Positions 48,710-58,521 of a DNA stretch of 64,000 nucleotides are shown here, piece after piece (positions within the stretch are counted from its first letter, which is position 1; the number at the start of each line of letters is the position of its first letter). Under the pieces are notes generated by a model that saw nothing but the letters and a program-made list of their open reading frames with translations, made no database searches and was not told the origin of the DNA. The DNA is from an uncultured Gammaproteobacteria bacterium (lineage in GTDB: Bacteria; Patescibacteriota; Microgenomatia; Daviesbacterales; UBA10151). Both the position numbers and the translations under genes were made by a program. The stretch is from NCBI GenBank assembly GCA_964523905.1, contig CAZFYQ010000002.1, forward strand, positions 66,177 to 130,176, written 5' to 3'.

Positions 48710-50301
48710 GCAATTTAACAAAAATTTTACTGGGTTTAATTATCATCTTGTCCTTGGTCCTTAGAGTGTACAAGATAGATTCAGTGCCTCCTTCAATTTC
48801 TTGGGATGAAGCAGCTGTTGGATATAACGCCTGGACTATTGCCAACTACGGGCGCGATGAATACGGAAAATTTTTGCCCTTATATTTTCGCTCTTTTGGA
48901 GAAGATAAAAACCCAGTTGATATTTATATCACCGCAATTTTTGTCAAGACAATGGGCTTAAATGAATTAAGTATTAGGTTGCCCTCAGTCTTATTTGGAG
49001 TGTTAGATGTATTGATGATTTTCTTTTTGGCTAGAATACTTTTCAAGAATGATCAGGTTGGTTTAATTGCTGCATTATTTTTGGCTATCTCACCTTACAA
49101 TTTACATTTCTCACATTTTAATCACGAAGCAAATCTGGCTTTGTTTTTCTTTATGCTAGGAGTTAGCTTATTTATATTGGGTCTTAAAAAAAGCAGTTGG
49201 ATGCTTTCATTTTCCATGATCAGTTTTTGTTTGGCTTTTATCTCCTATAACCCTCCGAAGCTAATTGTACCATTGGTGATATTAATGTTGGTGTGTGTTT
49301 ATGCCAAGCAGTTAATAAAAAGTCCGAAGAAATTAATTGCCCCAGTAGTTATTTTAGTTTTATTCATTACTCTAATTTTCTTTAATCAAAATTTGCTGGC
49401 TGGTAACCGTATTAGTCAGACGATTCAGGGTAACGCTGATATTGAAAAAACCCAGTTGTTTAAAATGACTCACAATGAGTTGTTAGGTCGGGTGAATTTA
49501 GCGCTAACTCAATATAGTTGGCATTTTACGCCAAAATTTTTGTTTATTTCCGGTGATAAAAATCCAGTTCTATCATCTCAATCGAACGGAGAATTCTACT
49601 TAATTGATGGTTTATTCCTGATTTCGGGTGTAGTATTTTTGGTCTGGAAAAGAAGTCGTGAAGGCTTATTATTGTTAGGTATTGCTCTGATTGCTCCACT
49701 ACCGTCTGCTTTAACAGCAGAAGCACCACATGCTGGAAGAGCAATGTTTATGATGGGTAGCTGGAATTTAATTTCTGCATTTGGATCATATTCTTTGCTA
49801 GGACTTTTTAAAAAACTGCAGATTAAATGGGTAATTATGGGAATTACCGTGGTAATTCTTAGTTTTTCTCTAAAAAATTATCTGACCTATTATTACGTAG
49901 AGTATGCGAAAAGATATGCGATTGATTGGCAGTATGGAATGAAGCAGATCGTAAGTTATGTAAAAGCTCATCCAGAGTACGCTCAGGTTTATATGACTGA
50001 TGCTCGTTCCCAGCCCTATATCTTTTTCTTATACTACCTTCAAACTCCATTACCGGAATATTTAAACAGCGTAATATATAATAACAACAAAGAGTCAAAC
50101 AGTTTTAGTAATGTGACAACTTTTGGACGTTTCTATTTTGAGGGCTGGGATCCGATTGAGAGTACGCCGCAAAGAGATGTGTTGTATATCGTTACCCCCA
50201 GTCAATATGATGGGTTAAGACATAAAGCTGTATTTAAGGTAGAAAAAAAGATTGATTATCCAAATGGTTTGGATGCTTTTTATCTGGTGGGAATAAATTA
50301 A
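48706..50301 (+). CDS. GT-C glycosyltransferase (PMT_2/ArnT-like)
   Basis: ISWDEAAVGYNAW.I..YGRDEYG.FLP..FRSFGEDK.P, IRLPS, PHAGR, DWQYGMK; likely start ATG 48706 (ATGA overlap). Confidence 0.88.
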   Translation: MSNLTKILLGLIIILSLVLRVYKIDSVPPSISWDEAAVGYNAWTIANYGRDEYGKFLPLYFRSFGEDKNPVDIYITAIFVKTMGLNELSIRLPSVLFGVLDVLMIFFLARILFKNDQVGLIAALFLAISPYNLHFSHFNHEANLALFFFMLGVSLFILGLKKSSWMLSFSMISFCLAFISYNPPKLIVPLVILMLVCVYAKQLIKSPKKLIAPVVILVLFITLIFFNQNLLAGNRISQTIQGNADIEKTQLFKMTHNELLGRVNLALTQYSWHFTPKFLFISGDKNPVLSSQSNGEFYLIDGLFLISGVVFLVWKRSREGLLLLGIALIAPLPSALTAEAPHAGRAMFMMGSWNLISAFGSYSLLGLFKKLQIKWVIMGITVVILSFSLKNYLTYYYVEYAKRYAIDWQYGMKQIVSYVKAHPEYAQVYMTDARSQPYIFFLYYLQTPLPEYLNSVIYNNNKESNSFSNVTTFGRFYFEGWDPIESTPQRDVLYIVTPSQYDGLRHKAVFKVEKKIDYPNGLDAFYLVGIN

Positions 50302-50303
50302 CA

Positions 50304-51074
50304 ATGAAATTATCAGTTGTTTTAGCAGTTTATAATGAAGAGGAAAATCTAAAGAGCTGTTTAGACTCAGTTAAGGATTTAGCAAACGAAATTATTATCG
50401 TTGACGGAGGCTCAACAGATAAAACAATAGAAATTGCTAAGGGTTTTAAGGCCAAAGTGATTGAAACAACTAATCCAGCGGTTTTCCATATTAACAAAAA
50501 CAAAGCAATTGATGCTGCAACTGGTGATTGGATTTTACAACTGGATGCTGATGAGCAAGTTAGTCAAGAATTAGCAGAGGAAATAGGGAAAGTCATTTCA
50601 GAAACGACAGATATTAATGGTTACTGGATTCCCCGAAGAAACTTTTTTTTGGGAAGATTTTTAACAAAAGGCGGACAATATCCGGATTACACTTTGCGTC
50701 TTTATAAAAAGGGAAAGGGCCGGTTACCAGCCAAAGATGTTCATGAGCAGGCAGAAGTGGAAGGAAAGGTGGGTTATCTTAAAAATGACCTGTTACATAT
50801 ACGGGATAAGAATTTCTCAATTTATTTAGAAAGATTTAATCGCTATACCAGTTTAATCGCAGATCAGTTAAAGGATGCTAAAGTAACTGTTAATCCAATT
50901 TCTTTTCTAGATTATATTTTTATTAAACCATTGTACTGGTTTCTAAAAGTTTACTTCCGCAATCGAGCGTATGTTGATGGTTTCCCGGGATTTGTGTTTG
51001 TGTTATTTTCTTCTTTAAGATTTCCAATTGCCTATTTAAAATTGTGGAGTAAATATAATGAAAATAGCGATTAA
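50304..51074 (+). CDS. GT2 (WaaE/KdtX-like)
   Basis: YNEEENL..CL.SV, VDGGSTDKT, ATGDWILQLDADE, YPDY..RL, VHEQ, DG.PG. Confidence 0.88.
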   Translation: MKLSVVLAVYNEEENLKSCLDSVKDLANEIIIVDGGSTDKTIEIAKGFKAKVIETTNPAVFHINKNKAIDAATGDWILQLDADEQVSQELAEEIGKVISETTDINGYWIPRRNFFLGRFLTKGGQYPDYTLRLYKKGKGRLPAKDVHEQAEVEGKVGYLKNDLLHIRDKNFSIYLERFNRYTSLIADQLKDAKVTVNPISFLDYIFIKPLYWFLKVYFRNRAYVDGFPGFVFVLFSSLRFPIAYLKLWSKYNENSD

Positions 51075-52128
51075 CACCTTACCTCTTAAAACTGGGCATA
51101 AAGATCGAGGGATTGGTAATTATACTGCTAACTTAATTGAAGCTTTAAAATCAGAGGGGAAAATTGAGATAATTGAGTTTACGAATTTGTCACAAATTAA
51201 AGATGCAGATTTAGTGCATTATCCTTGGTTTGACTTTTACTACCATACGCTTCCAATCAAAAAACCTTTTCCTACCGTTGTTACAATTCATGATGTAATT
51301 CCCCTTAAATTTAAAGAACATTTTCCAACTGGTGTAAAAGCCAGATTTAGCTTAGGTTTACAAAAATTAGCATTATCTTCTGTAAAACAAATCCTGACTG
51401 ATTCTAATGTTTCTAAAAAAGATATTACGGATTTATTAGGTATAAAGCAAGACAAAATTTCTGTTGTGCATTTATCAGTTGGTGAAGATTTTAAACAGTT
51501 AACAAATACTGAAAGCTTATTTGCTAAAAGAAAATATCAGCTGCCTGATCGGTATTTATTATACGTAGGAGATGCTAATTGGACAAAAAATATCCCCTTT
51601 TTAATTGAAAGTTTTAATGAATTAGTTAAAAATGACGAATTTAAGGATGTAAAGTTAGTTTTGATTGGCGGAGTGTTCTTAAAAAAAGTGGAAAATATTA
51701 ATCACCGTGAACTGGAAAGTTTAAAATTAGTTAACCGGTTAATTGAACAATACAGGTTGACTGATCAAATAATACGACCTGGCAATATCGAAACAAAAGA
51801 TTTGGTCGCTTTTTATAATCTGGCTACCATTTACATACAACCATCAATCTATGAAGGCTTTGGATTGCCAATCATTGAGGCAATGGCTTGTGGAGCCCCT
51901 GTGGTTTCATCAAATGGAGGTAGCTTGGTGGAAGTAGGGGGGCAAGCTCCGGTTTATTTTAATCCAACAAATAGCCAGCAGGTGTTTACTCTTATTAAAG
52001 AAATACTTGCAAGTAAGTCATTGCAAAACAAATTGTCTGAGCTGGGATTAAAAAGAGCTCAACAATTCTCTCCTCTGCAATTTGCCAGCGAAATGATTAA
52101 AATTTATTCTCAAATAATTAATTCATGA
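51058..52128 (+). CDS. GT4 glycosyltransferase (MtfB/WbaZ-like)
   Basis: RGIG.Y, VTIHDVIP, YLLYVG...KN, PS.YEGFGLPIIEAMACG.PV. Confidence 0.92.
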   Translation: MKIAINTLPLKTGHKDRGIGNYTANLIEALKSEGKIEIIEFTNLSQIKDADLVHYPWFDFYYHTLPIKKPFPTVVTIHDVIPLKFKEHFPTGVKARFSLGLQKLALSSVKQILTDSNVSKKDITDLLGIKQDKISVVHLSVGEDFKQLTNTESLFAKRKYQLPDRYLLYVGDANWTKNIPFLIESFNELVKNDEFKDVKLVLIGGVFLKKVENINHRELESLKLVNRLIEQYRLTDQIIRPGNIETKDLVAFYNLATIYIQPSIYEGFGLPIIEAMACGAPVVSSNGGSLVEVGGQAPVYFNPTNSQQVFTLIKEILASKSLQNKLSELGLKRAQQFSPLQFASEMIKIYSQIINS

Positions 52129-53282
52129 AACTGATTAGAAAATCTGATGTATTAACAATCTCGGTACTATTTATTGCATGGCGGATATATTTAATGATAG
52201 TGGCTTTTTTTGCCGGTAAATTTTTGCCTTTGGCTCAGACAGATAAATTACTCGGAGGTGGGCCAATTAATTTTCCAATTGCCCCACAAGTTTTTTCTTG
52301 GGCCAATTTTGATGGAGAGCATTATTTATCAATTGCCATATTTGGCTATAAAAGTTTAGAACAAGCTTTTTTTCCGGTTTACCCAATGTTAATTTCTTTT
52401 TTTTCTAAACCGTTTTGGGGAAATCAGTTTGCAACCATCTTATCCGCCACAATTATTGGACTGCTAATATCAAACGCGGCTTTTTTGATTGCGCTAATTT
52501 TTTTATACAAATTAATTTGTTTGGAGTTTTCTAAAAGAATCGCCTTTATGTCGATAGTCCTACTACTTATTTTTCCCACATCATTTTTCTTTGGAGCTGT
52601 ATACAGCGAGTCACTTTTTTTACTATTTTCGGTTTTATGTTTTTACCTTGTCAGGAAAGAAAATTATTGGTTAGCCGGTTTTTTTGGAATGTTAGCTGCT
52701 GCAACTAGGATTTTCGGAATTTTATTACTCCCAGCTATATTAATTGATGTAATTAGGCAAAAAGAGAGCCTCTTGAAATCTTTGGGAGTTTTTCTAATTC
52801 CAATTGGTTTAGGCATATATATGTGGTATCAATACGTTACAGTAGGGGATGCCTTGGCTTTTTATCATTTACAGCAAATAGTAGGACCACAGCATCAAAG
52901 CGGTTTAGTAACCTTACCTCAGGTTTATTATCGCTACGGGAAAATGCTCATCACTGTAGATAGTGGTAATACGATTTATCAAACTATCTTATTGGAATTT
53001 TTTGTTGGAATTTCTTTTTTCCTACTACCTATATATGGATTTTTTAAAAAAATTAGGTGGTCATATCTTTTTTATGCAATGGTAGGCTTCATTGCTCCCA
53101 CCATTCAGGGAAGTTTTTCCTCAACTCCTCGGTATGTAATTGTATTGTTTCCAGCGTTTATTGCCATGGCATTTTTTTTAAATAAGTGGTCCAAATTATC
53201 AAAAACTCTTTTTTTTCTTTCTTTAGTTTTTCTACTGACGCTTGAAACAACATTATTTATTAGAGGATACTGGGTAGCATGA
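52125..53282 (+). CDS. GT-C mannosyltransferase (PIG-V/GT76-like)
   Basis: WANFDGEHYLSIA..GY...AFFPVYP, FPTSFFF.AVYSESLF, ATRIFG, S.PRY, WVA C-terminus. Confidence 0.85.
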   Translation: MKLIRKSDVLTISVLFIAWRIYLMIVAFFAGKFLPLAQTDKLLGGGPINFPIAPQVFSWANFDGEHYLSIAIFGYKSLEQAFFPVYPMLISFFSKPFWGNQFATILSATIIGLLISNAAFLIALIFLYKLICLEFSKRIAFMSIVLLLIFPTSFFFGAVYSESLFLLFSVLCFYLVRKENYWLAGFFGMLAAATRIFGILLLPAILIDVIRQKESLLKSLGVFLIPIGLGIYMWYQYVTVGDALAFYHLQQIVGPQHQSGLVTLPQVYYRYGKMLITVDSGNTIYQTILLEFFVGISFFLLPIYGFFKKIRWSYLFYAMVGFIAPTIQGSFSSTPRYVIVLFPAFIAMAFFLNKWSKLSKTLFFLSLVFLLTLETTLFIRGYWVA

Positions 53283-54523
53283 AGACTATCAGAAATTTTA
53301 TTAATAATCCACTTTTTGCAGGAAGCTTGGTAATGCTTGTTGGCCTAAGTTTTGTTAATGTTTTAAATTACCTTTACCATTTTATAATGGTAAAGCTCTT
53401 AGTTGATCCAACTCAATACGGGGAGCTAGTTGCGCTAATTTCTTTAATGGCCCTTTTGGGCATAATTCCTGGATCATTTAATTTGGTGATCATTAAATAC
53501 ATTTCCGCTGCAAAAACTGATCAGGAAGTTAGTCAACTAACAAAGTGGTTTGCTGATAAGGGTTTAAAGCTTTCTTTGCTATTTTTTGTCTTTACTATCT
53601 CAATGTCACCACTTATCTCTTCCTTTTTACATATTAGTAATGTCTGGTTTATTGTGGCCATTGGAATCTCTTTTATTTTTTCCATCCCTACTCTCTTGAA
53701 TAGAGCTGTTTTACAGGGATTGTTAAAATTTAAGGAAATGATTTTTTCTTTAATAATTGAAAATGGATTTAAGCTAGTACTTGGTGTAATTTTTGTATAT
53801 ATAGGATTAAGCGTCAGTGGAGCTATGCTTGGGCTACTGATTGCTTTAATTATCGGATGGTATATAACCAAAATATATATTGGAAAATATTCGCAAGAAA
53901 AAAGGACTCTTTTTGTTGATGTCAAATCCATTTTAAAATTTTCTATTCCAACTATTGTTTATTCTTTTGCAACTACTTCCTTATATACATCAGATATAAT
54001 TTTAGTTAAGCACTTCTTTTCGGCCCATGATGCAGGTTTATATGCTGCACTTTCAACGTTAAGTAAAATTATTCTATTTGGGGCAGGGCCTATTGGTGCT
54101 GTAATGTTTCCTTTAGTTTCCAGAAAACATTCTCGCGGAGAAAATTACAGAAAAGTATTTTTATATAGTCTAGGGGCCACATTAGTTTTTGGTCTGCTAG
54201 TTCTGTTAATATATTGGATATTCCCAGGTTTGATTATTACTCTTCTGTTTAAATCAGCATATTCTGAAATAAATGGTTTACTAGTATGGTTTGGTTTATT
54301 TATAACGCTTTTTACCCTGGCCTTACTTTTAACTACTTACAGTTTGTCTTTAGGAAGAACAAAGGTAGTGGTACTACCTTTAATAGCGGCAATAAGCCAA
54401 ATTGTTATTATTTGCTTCAATCATCAAACATTGTTTTCAGTTATCTTAACCTCAACTATGGTCGCCACTTTACTATTAGCCTCCCTACTCATATACTTTG
54501 TATACGAAGAGAGAAATCATTAA
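53279..54523 (+). CDS. Wzx/MOP-family flippase
   Basis: NVLNYLYH..M..L..P..YG, R..LQG..KF, DIILVKHFF....AGLYAA...KI; multi-TM. Confidence 0.82.
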   Translation: MKTIRNFINNPLFAGSLVMLVGLSFVNVLNYLYHFIMVKLLVDPTQYGELVALISLMALLGIIPGSFNLVIIKYISAAKTDQEVSQLTKWFADKGLKLSLLFFVFTISMSPLISSFLHISNVWFIVAIGISFIFSIPTLLNRAVLQGLLKFKEMIFSLIIENGFKLVLGVIFVYIGLSVSGAMLGLLIALIIGWYITKIYIGKYSQEKRTLFVDVKSILKFSIPTIVYSFATTSLYTSDIILVKHFFSAHDAGLYAALSTLSKIILFGAGPIGAVMFPLVSRKHSRGENYRKVFLYSLGATLVFGLLVLLIYWIFPGLIITLLFKSAYSEINGLLVWFGLFITLFTLALLLTTYSLSLGRTKVVVLPLIAAISQIVIICFNHQTLFSVILTSTMVATLLLASLLIYFVYEERNH

Positions 54524-55330
54524 ATGGAGATAAAGTTAATCTCGGTAATAGTCCCTTGTTATAAACAAGAAAATACAATTGTTAAAGACCTACAAAAAAT
54601 CTACCAAGCAATGGAGCAGCTAAGATATAATAGCGAAATTATTTGTGTCGTTGATGGTAGAGTTGATAAAACATTTGAAAACGCCGATCTGTTTGCCAAA
54701 GAACATCCAAATATAAAGGTAAAAGGTTATGATACCAACAAAGGTAAAGGTTATGCAGTGCGTTTTGGAATGGCAGAAAGTAAAGGAGATATTGTTGGAT
54801 TTATCGATGCTGGGATGGATATTAATCCAAATGGTCTAGCCATGCTACTAGAGCATTTTGAATGGTACAATGCAGATATTATTGTCGGTTCTAAAAGACA
54901 CCCAGTATCTAAGGTAGATTATCCCTGGCAAAGGAGAATACTTTCAATAGGTTATCAGCTTCTGGTTTTTCTTCTTTTTGGTTTAAAAATTAGAGATACA
55001 CAAGTAGGAATGAAGTTTTTTAAACGAGGAGTTCTAGAAAAAGTTCTACCACGACTTTTAGTAAAAAGATTTGCTTTTGATATAGAAATGCTTGCTGTGG
55101 CAAATTACTTACACTTTAACAGAATTTATGAAGCTCCCATAGATATAACACTAAGTTTTGGAGGGACCTCCACTATTACCAGCCAAAGATTTATCAGGAC
55201 AGTTTTAGCAATGCTGATGGATACATTGGCTGTTTTCTATAGATTGAAAATATTGAGGTATTATTCTGATGAGAATAGGAGAAAATGGAGATTTGATCCA
55301 GAATTAAACTTTAGAGTAAATATTATCTAA
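54524..55330 (+). CDS. GT2 polyprenyl-phosphate glycosyltransferase (DPG-synthase-like)
   Basis: VPCYKQE, NKGKGYAVR.G, FIDAGMD, GSKRHP.S, DTQVGMK, FAFDIEML. Confidence 0.88.
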   Translation: MEIKLISVIVPCYKQENTIVKDLQKIYQAMEQLRYNSEIICVVDGRVDKTFENADLFAKEHPNIKVKGYDTNKGKGYAVRFGMAESKGDIVGFIDAGMDINPNGLAMLLEHFEWYNADIIVGSKRHPVSKVDYPWQRRILSIGYQLLVFLLFGLKIRDTQVGMKFFKRGVLEKVLPRLLVKRFAFDIEMLAVANYLHFNRIYEAPIDITLSFGGTSTITSQRFIRTVLAMLMDTLAVFYRLKILRYYSDENRRKWRFDPELNFRVNII

Positions 55331-55340
55331 AATTTCCCCT

Positions 55341-56462
55341 ATGAAGATATTAATTTTTTCCTGGAGAGGACCAAAGCATCCGTTGGCAGGTGGAGCGGAG
55401 ATTGTAACTCATGAACATGCCAAAGCCTGGGTTAAGGCAGGTCATGAAGTAACTCTTTTTACATCTTTTTATTCTGGTGCTAAAAACAGTGATGTGATTG
55501 ATGGTGTAAAAATTATACGTGAAGGACATCAAATACTAAGTGTACAATTCGCAGCGTTTAAGTGGTACCTTTTCCAAAGAAAAGAAAAATTTGATTTAGT
55601 AATTGATCATTTTCATGGTTTGCCTTTTTTTACTCCACTGTTTGTTAAGTCTAAAATATTAGGATTTATTCATGAAGTTGCTAAAGAAGTGTGGCAGTTC
55701 AATTCTTTGCCAAGGCCTTATAGTTATTTCCCGGCAGGTTTAGGAAGAATATTTGAACCGTTTATCTTTCTAATGTACAGAAAAATTCCTTTTATGACTG
55801 TTTCAGCATCTACTAAGCAAGATTTAATTAGTTGGGGGATACCGAAGGAAAAAATATCAGTAATTCACAGTGGTGTAACCAGATTAAAAAATAGACTAGC
55901 GCACAAGAAAGAAAAACATAAAACTCTTATATTCTTAGGCGCCTTAAGTAAGGATAAAGGAATAGAAGATGCGTTAAGAGTTTTTTCCTTACTGCATAAA
56001 AAAGAAAGTGATTATAAACTTTGGGTAGCTGGAGTAGCTGAAAGCAATTACCTTAACAAAATCCAAAATTTATGTCAACAACTTAAGATTGAAAAAGATG
56101 TTACCTTTTTTGGATTTGTTAGTGAAGAAAGAAAATTTGAATTATTATCAAAAGCTCATTTGTTAATTAGTACCTCGATTCGTGAGGGTTGGGGACTTGT
56201 GGTGATTGAGGCAGCCACAGTAGGAACCCCAACAGTGGCTTTTGATGCGTCTGGTTTAAGGGATTCTATAAAGAATGGACAAACAGGTTTTCTTTGTCAA
56301 GAAAGAGATGTTAGTCAGTTAGCCGATTTAATAGATCAAATCTATAAAGATCAGGACAAGCTAAATCAAATTAGTAAAAATGCTATTATTTGGAGTAAAA
56401 AATTTACCTGGGAAGGATCAACACAGCAAAGTTTAAAGCTAATCAGTAGTCTAGCTGGTTGA
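55341..56462 (+). CDS. GT4 glycosyltransferase
   Basis: HP.AGGAE, TVS.STK, FLG.L..DKG, S.REGWGLVVIEAA..GTP.V. Confidence 0.92.
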   Translation: MKILIFSWRGPKHPLAGGAEIVTHEHAKAWVKAGHEVTLFTSFYSGAKNSDVIDGVKIIREGHQILSVQFAAFKWYLFQRKEKFDLVIDHFHGLPFFTPLFVKSKILGFIHEVAKEVWQFNSLPRPYSYFPAGLGRIFEPFIFLMYRKIPFMTVSASTKQDLISWGIPKEKISVIHSGVTRLKNRLAHKKEKHKTLIFLGALSKDKGIEDALRVFSLLHKKESDYKLWVAGVAESNYLNKIQNLCQQLKIEKDVTFFGFVSEERKFELLSKAHLLISTSIREGWGLVVIEAATVGTPTVAFDASGLRDSIKNGQTGFLCQERDVSQLADLIDQIYKDQDKLNQISKNAIIWSKKFTWEGSTQQSLKLISSLAG

Positions 56463-56500
56463 ATTTTTTTGCTAGATTAGCTACACTTTGTGATATCAAA

Positions 56501-57469
56501 ATGGAAAAAGTTGTTGTTACTGGAGCAGGGGGATTTATAGGTAGTCATTTAGTAACTTTCCTCAAGAAGAAAGGCTATTGGGTAAGAGGTGTTGACTTAA
56601 AATATCCGGAATATGGGAAATCCGATGCTGACGAATTTAAGCTTTTAGATTTAAGAGACAGAGCAAATGCATTAAAAGCCATGGCTGGAATGGATTACGT
56701 ATATTCTTTGGCGGCTGATATGGGAGGTATGGGATTTATTTCATTCAATAATGCCTTAATTTTATACAATAATGCCTCCATTGATTTAAATACCTTGGAC
56801 AGCGCTAAACAAAACAAAGTAAAGAAAGTCTTTTACTCCTCATCTGCCTGTGTATATCCGGAGTACAAACAAAGTAAAGCCAAATTAGTTCCCTTAAAAG
56901 AAGAAGACGTTTATCCGGCCCAGCCTCAGGATGCATATGGGTGGGAAAAACTTTTTACTGAACTGCTGGCTAAATACTACACAGAAGATTATGGTATGCA
57001 AACTAGAGTTGCCAGGTTTCATAATATTTTTGGACCATTAGGTACCTGGGATGGTGGTAGGGAAAAAGCCCCGGCTGCCATTTGTAGAAAAGTAGCAATT
57101 GCTAAATTATCAGGAAAGCATGAAATTGAAATTTGGGGAGATGGAGAGCAGACCAGGTCCTTTTGTTACATTGATGATTGCGTTAAGGGAATATATAAAT
57201 TAATGATGTCTAATTATAAAGAGCCATTAAACATTGGACAAGACCGCATGGTTACCATCAATCAATTAGTTGATATGGTATCTTCTATAGCCGGAATTAA
57301 AGTAACAAAAAAATATATCAAGGGCCCGCAAGGAGTAAGAGGAAGAAATTCAGATAATACAAAACTTAAGGAGGTTCTTAAATGGGAACCGGATATTACA
57401 TTAGAAAAAGGTCTGGAACAAACTTATCAATGGATTGAAGCCCAGGTAGGAAAAAAGTATGGCAAGTAA
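56501..57469 (+). CDS. GDP-mannose 3,5-epimerase-like SDR
   Basis: [76 protein letters not shown] form the GME signature; likely start ATG 56501. Confidence 0.88.
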   Translation: MEKVVVTGAGGFIGSHLVTFLKKKGYWVRGVDLKYPEYGKSDADEFKLLDLRDRANALKAMAGMDYVYSLAADMGGMGFISFNNALILYNNASIDLNTLDSAKQNKVKKVFYSSSACVYPEYKQSKAKLVPLKEEDVYPAQPQDAYGWEKLFTELLAKYYTEDYGMQTRVARFHNIFGPLGTWDGGREKAPAAICRKVAIAKLSGKHEIEIWGDGEQTRSFCYIDDCVKGIYKLMMSNYKEPLNIGQDRMVTINQLVDMVSSIAGIKVTKKYIKGPQGVRGRNSDNTKLKEVLKWEPDITLEKGLEQTYQWIEAQVGKKYGK

Positions 57470-58520
57470 GACGGTACTAGTGACTGGATCAGCTGGCTTA
57501 ATCGGTTCTGAGGCAGTTAGGTTTTTTGCAGATAAGGGTTTTAAAATAATTGGTATTGATAATAATTCCAGAAGATACTTCTTTGGTCCCGCTGCGTCTA
57601 CTCTTTGGAATAAAAACAAATTAAAAAGAGAAATTAAAGATTACACACATGTAAATGTTGATATCAGGAATCAAAAAAAAATTGAACAAGTTTTTAAAGA
57701 TAATAAAATTGATTTAGTAATTCATGCAGCAGCACAACCATCTCATGATTGGGCAGCCAAAGAGCCTCTAACTGATTTCACTATTAATGCCTTAGGTACC
57801 TTGATTATGCTGGAAGCCTACCGAAAATTTGCACCGGAGGCAGTGTTTATTTTTACTTCAACAAATAAGGTTTATGGGGATAATCCCAATAAATTGCCAC
57901 TAAAGGAGTTATCTACTCGCTGGGAATTACCGAAGACTCACAAATATTATAATGGTATCGATGAAAGTATGAGTCTGGATGATACCACTCATTCGATCTT
58001 TGGAGTTTCTAAAACCTCTGCTGATTTAATGGTACAAGAGTACGGTCGTTATTTTGGGTTAAAAACAGGTGTATTTAGAGGCGGTTGTTTAACTGGTCCT
58101 GCTCATTCTTCTGCTCAGTTACATGGCTTTTTAGCATATCTAGTGGCCTCTATTGCCAGAAAACAGCCGTATACGATTTTTGGGTATAAAGGAAAACAAG
58201 TAAGGGATAATATTCATGCTTATGATGTGGTTAATGCTTTTTATCAATACTTTCAAAATCCACGTCAAGGAGAGGTATATAATTTAGGCGGATCAAGACA
58301 TTCCAATATTTCAGTAATGGAAGCAGTGGAAAAGATCCAAAAGATAACTGGAAATAAAGCAAAAATAGAATATAACAAAACAAATAGGATAGGGGATCAT
58401 ATCTGGTATATTTCTGATGTATCCAAATTTCAAAAACACTATCCAAAATGGGAATATACATATGACTCAGATAAAATTTTAGAAGAACTTTGTGATTTTG
58501 CCATGCATCAGAAGAAATAA
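57459..58520 (+). CDS. CDP-paratose 2-epimerase (tyvelose epimerase)-like SDR
   Basis: [60 protein letters not shown]. Confidence 0.8.
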   Translation: MASKTVLVTGSAGLIGSEAVRFFADKGFKIIGIDNNSRRYFFGPAASTLWNKNKLKREIKDYTHVNVDIRNQKKIEQVFKDNKIDLVIHAAAQPSHDWAAKEPLTDFTINALGTLIMLEAYRKFAPEAVFIFTSTNKVYGDNPNKLPLKELSTRWELPKTHKYYNGIDESMSLDDTTHSIFGVSKTSADLMVQEYGRYFGLKTGVFRGGCLTGPAHSSAQLHGFLAYLVASIARKQPYTIFGYKGKQVRDNIHAYDVVNAFYQYFQNPRQGEVYNLGGSRHSNISVMEAVEKIQKITGNKAKIEYNKTNRIGDHIWYISDVSKFQKHYPKWEYTYDSDKILEELCDFAMHQKK

Positions 58521-58521
58521 T

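Noticed and set aside
15409-50301. Lipid A Ara4N modification (arn operon)
   Set aside because: There are no arnA/arnB or lpx genes in the window, and the copy number and probable lineage do not fit.
40364-50301. Diversity-generating retroelement or gene-conversion cassettes among the paralogs
   Set aside because: There is no reverse transcriptase, and I saw no near-identical TR/VR pair differing only at adenines; similarity is at protein level.
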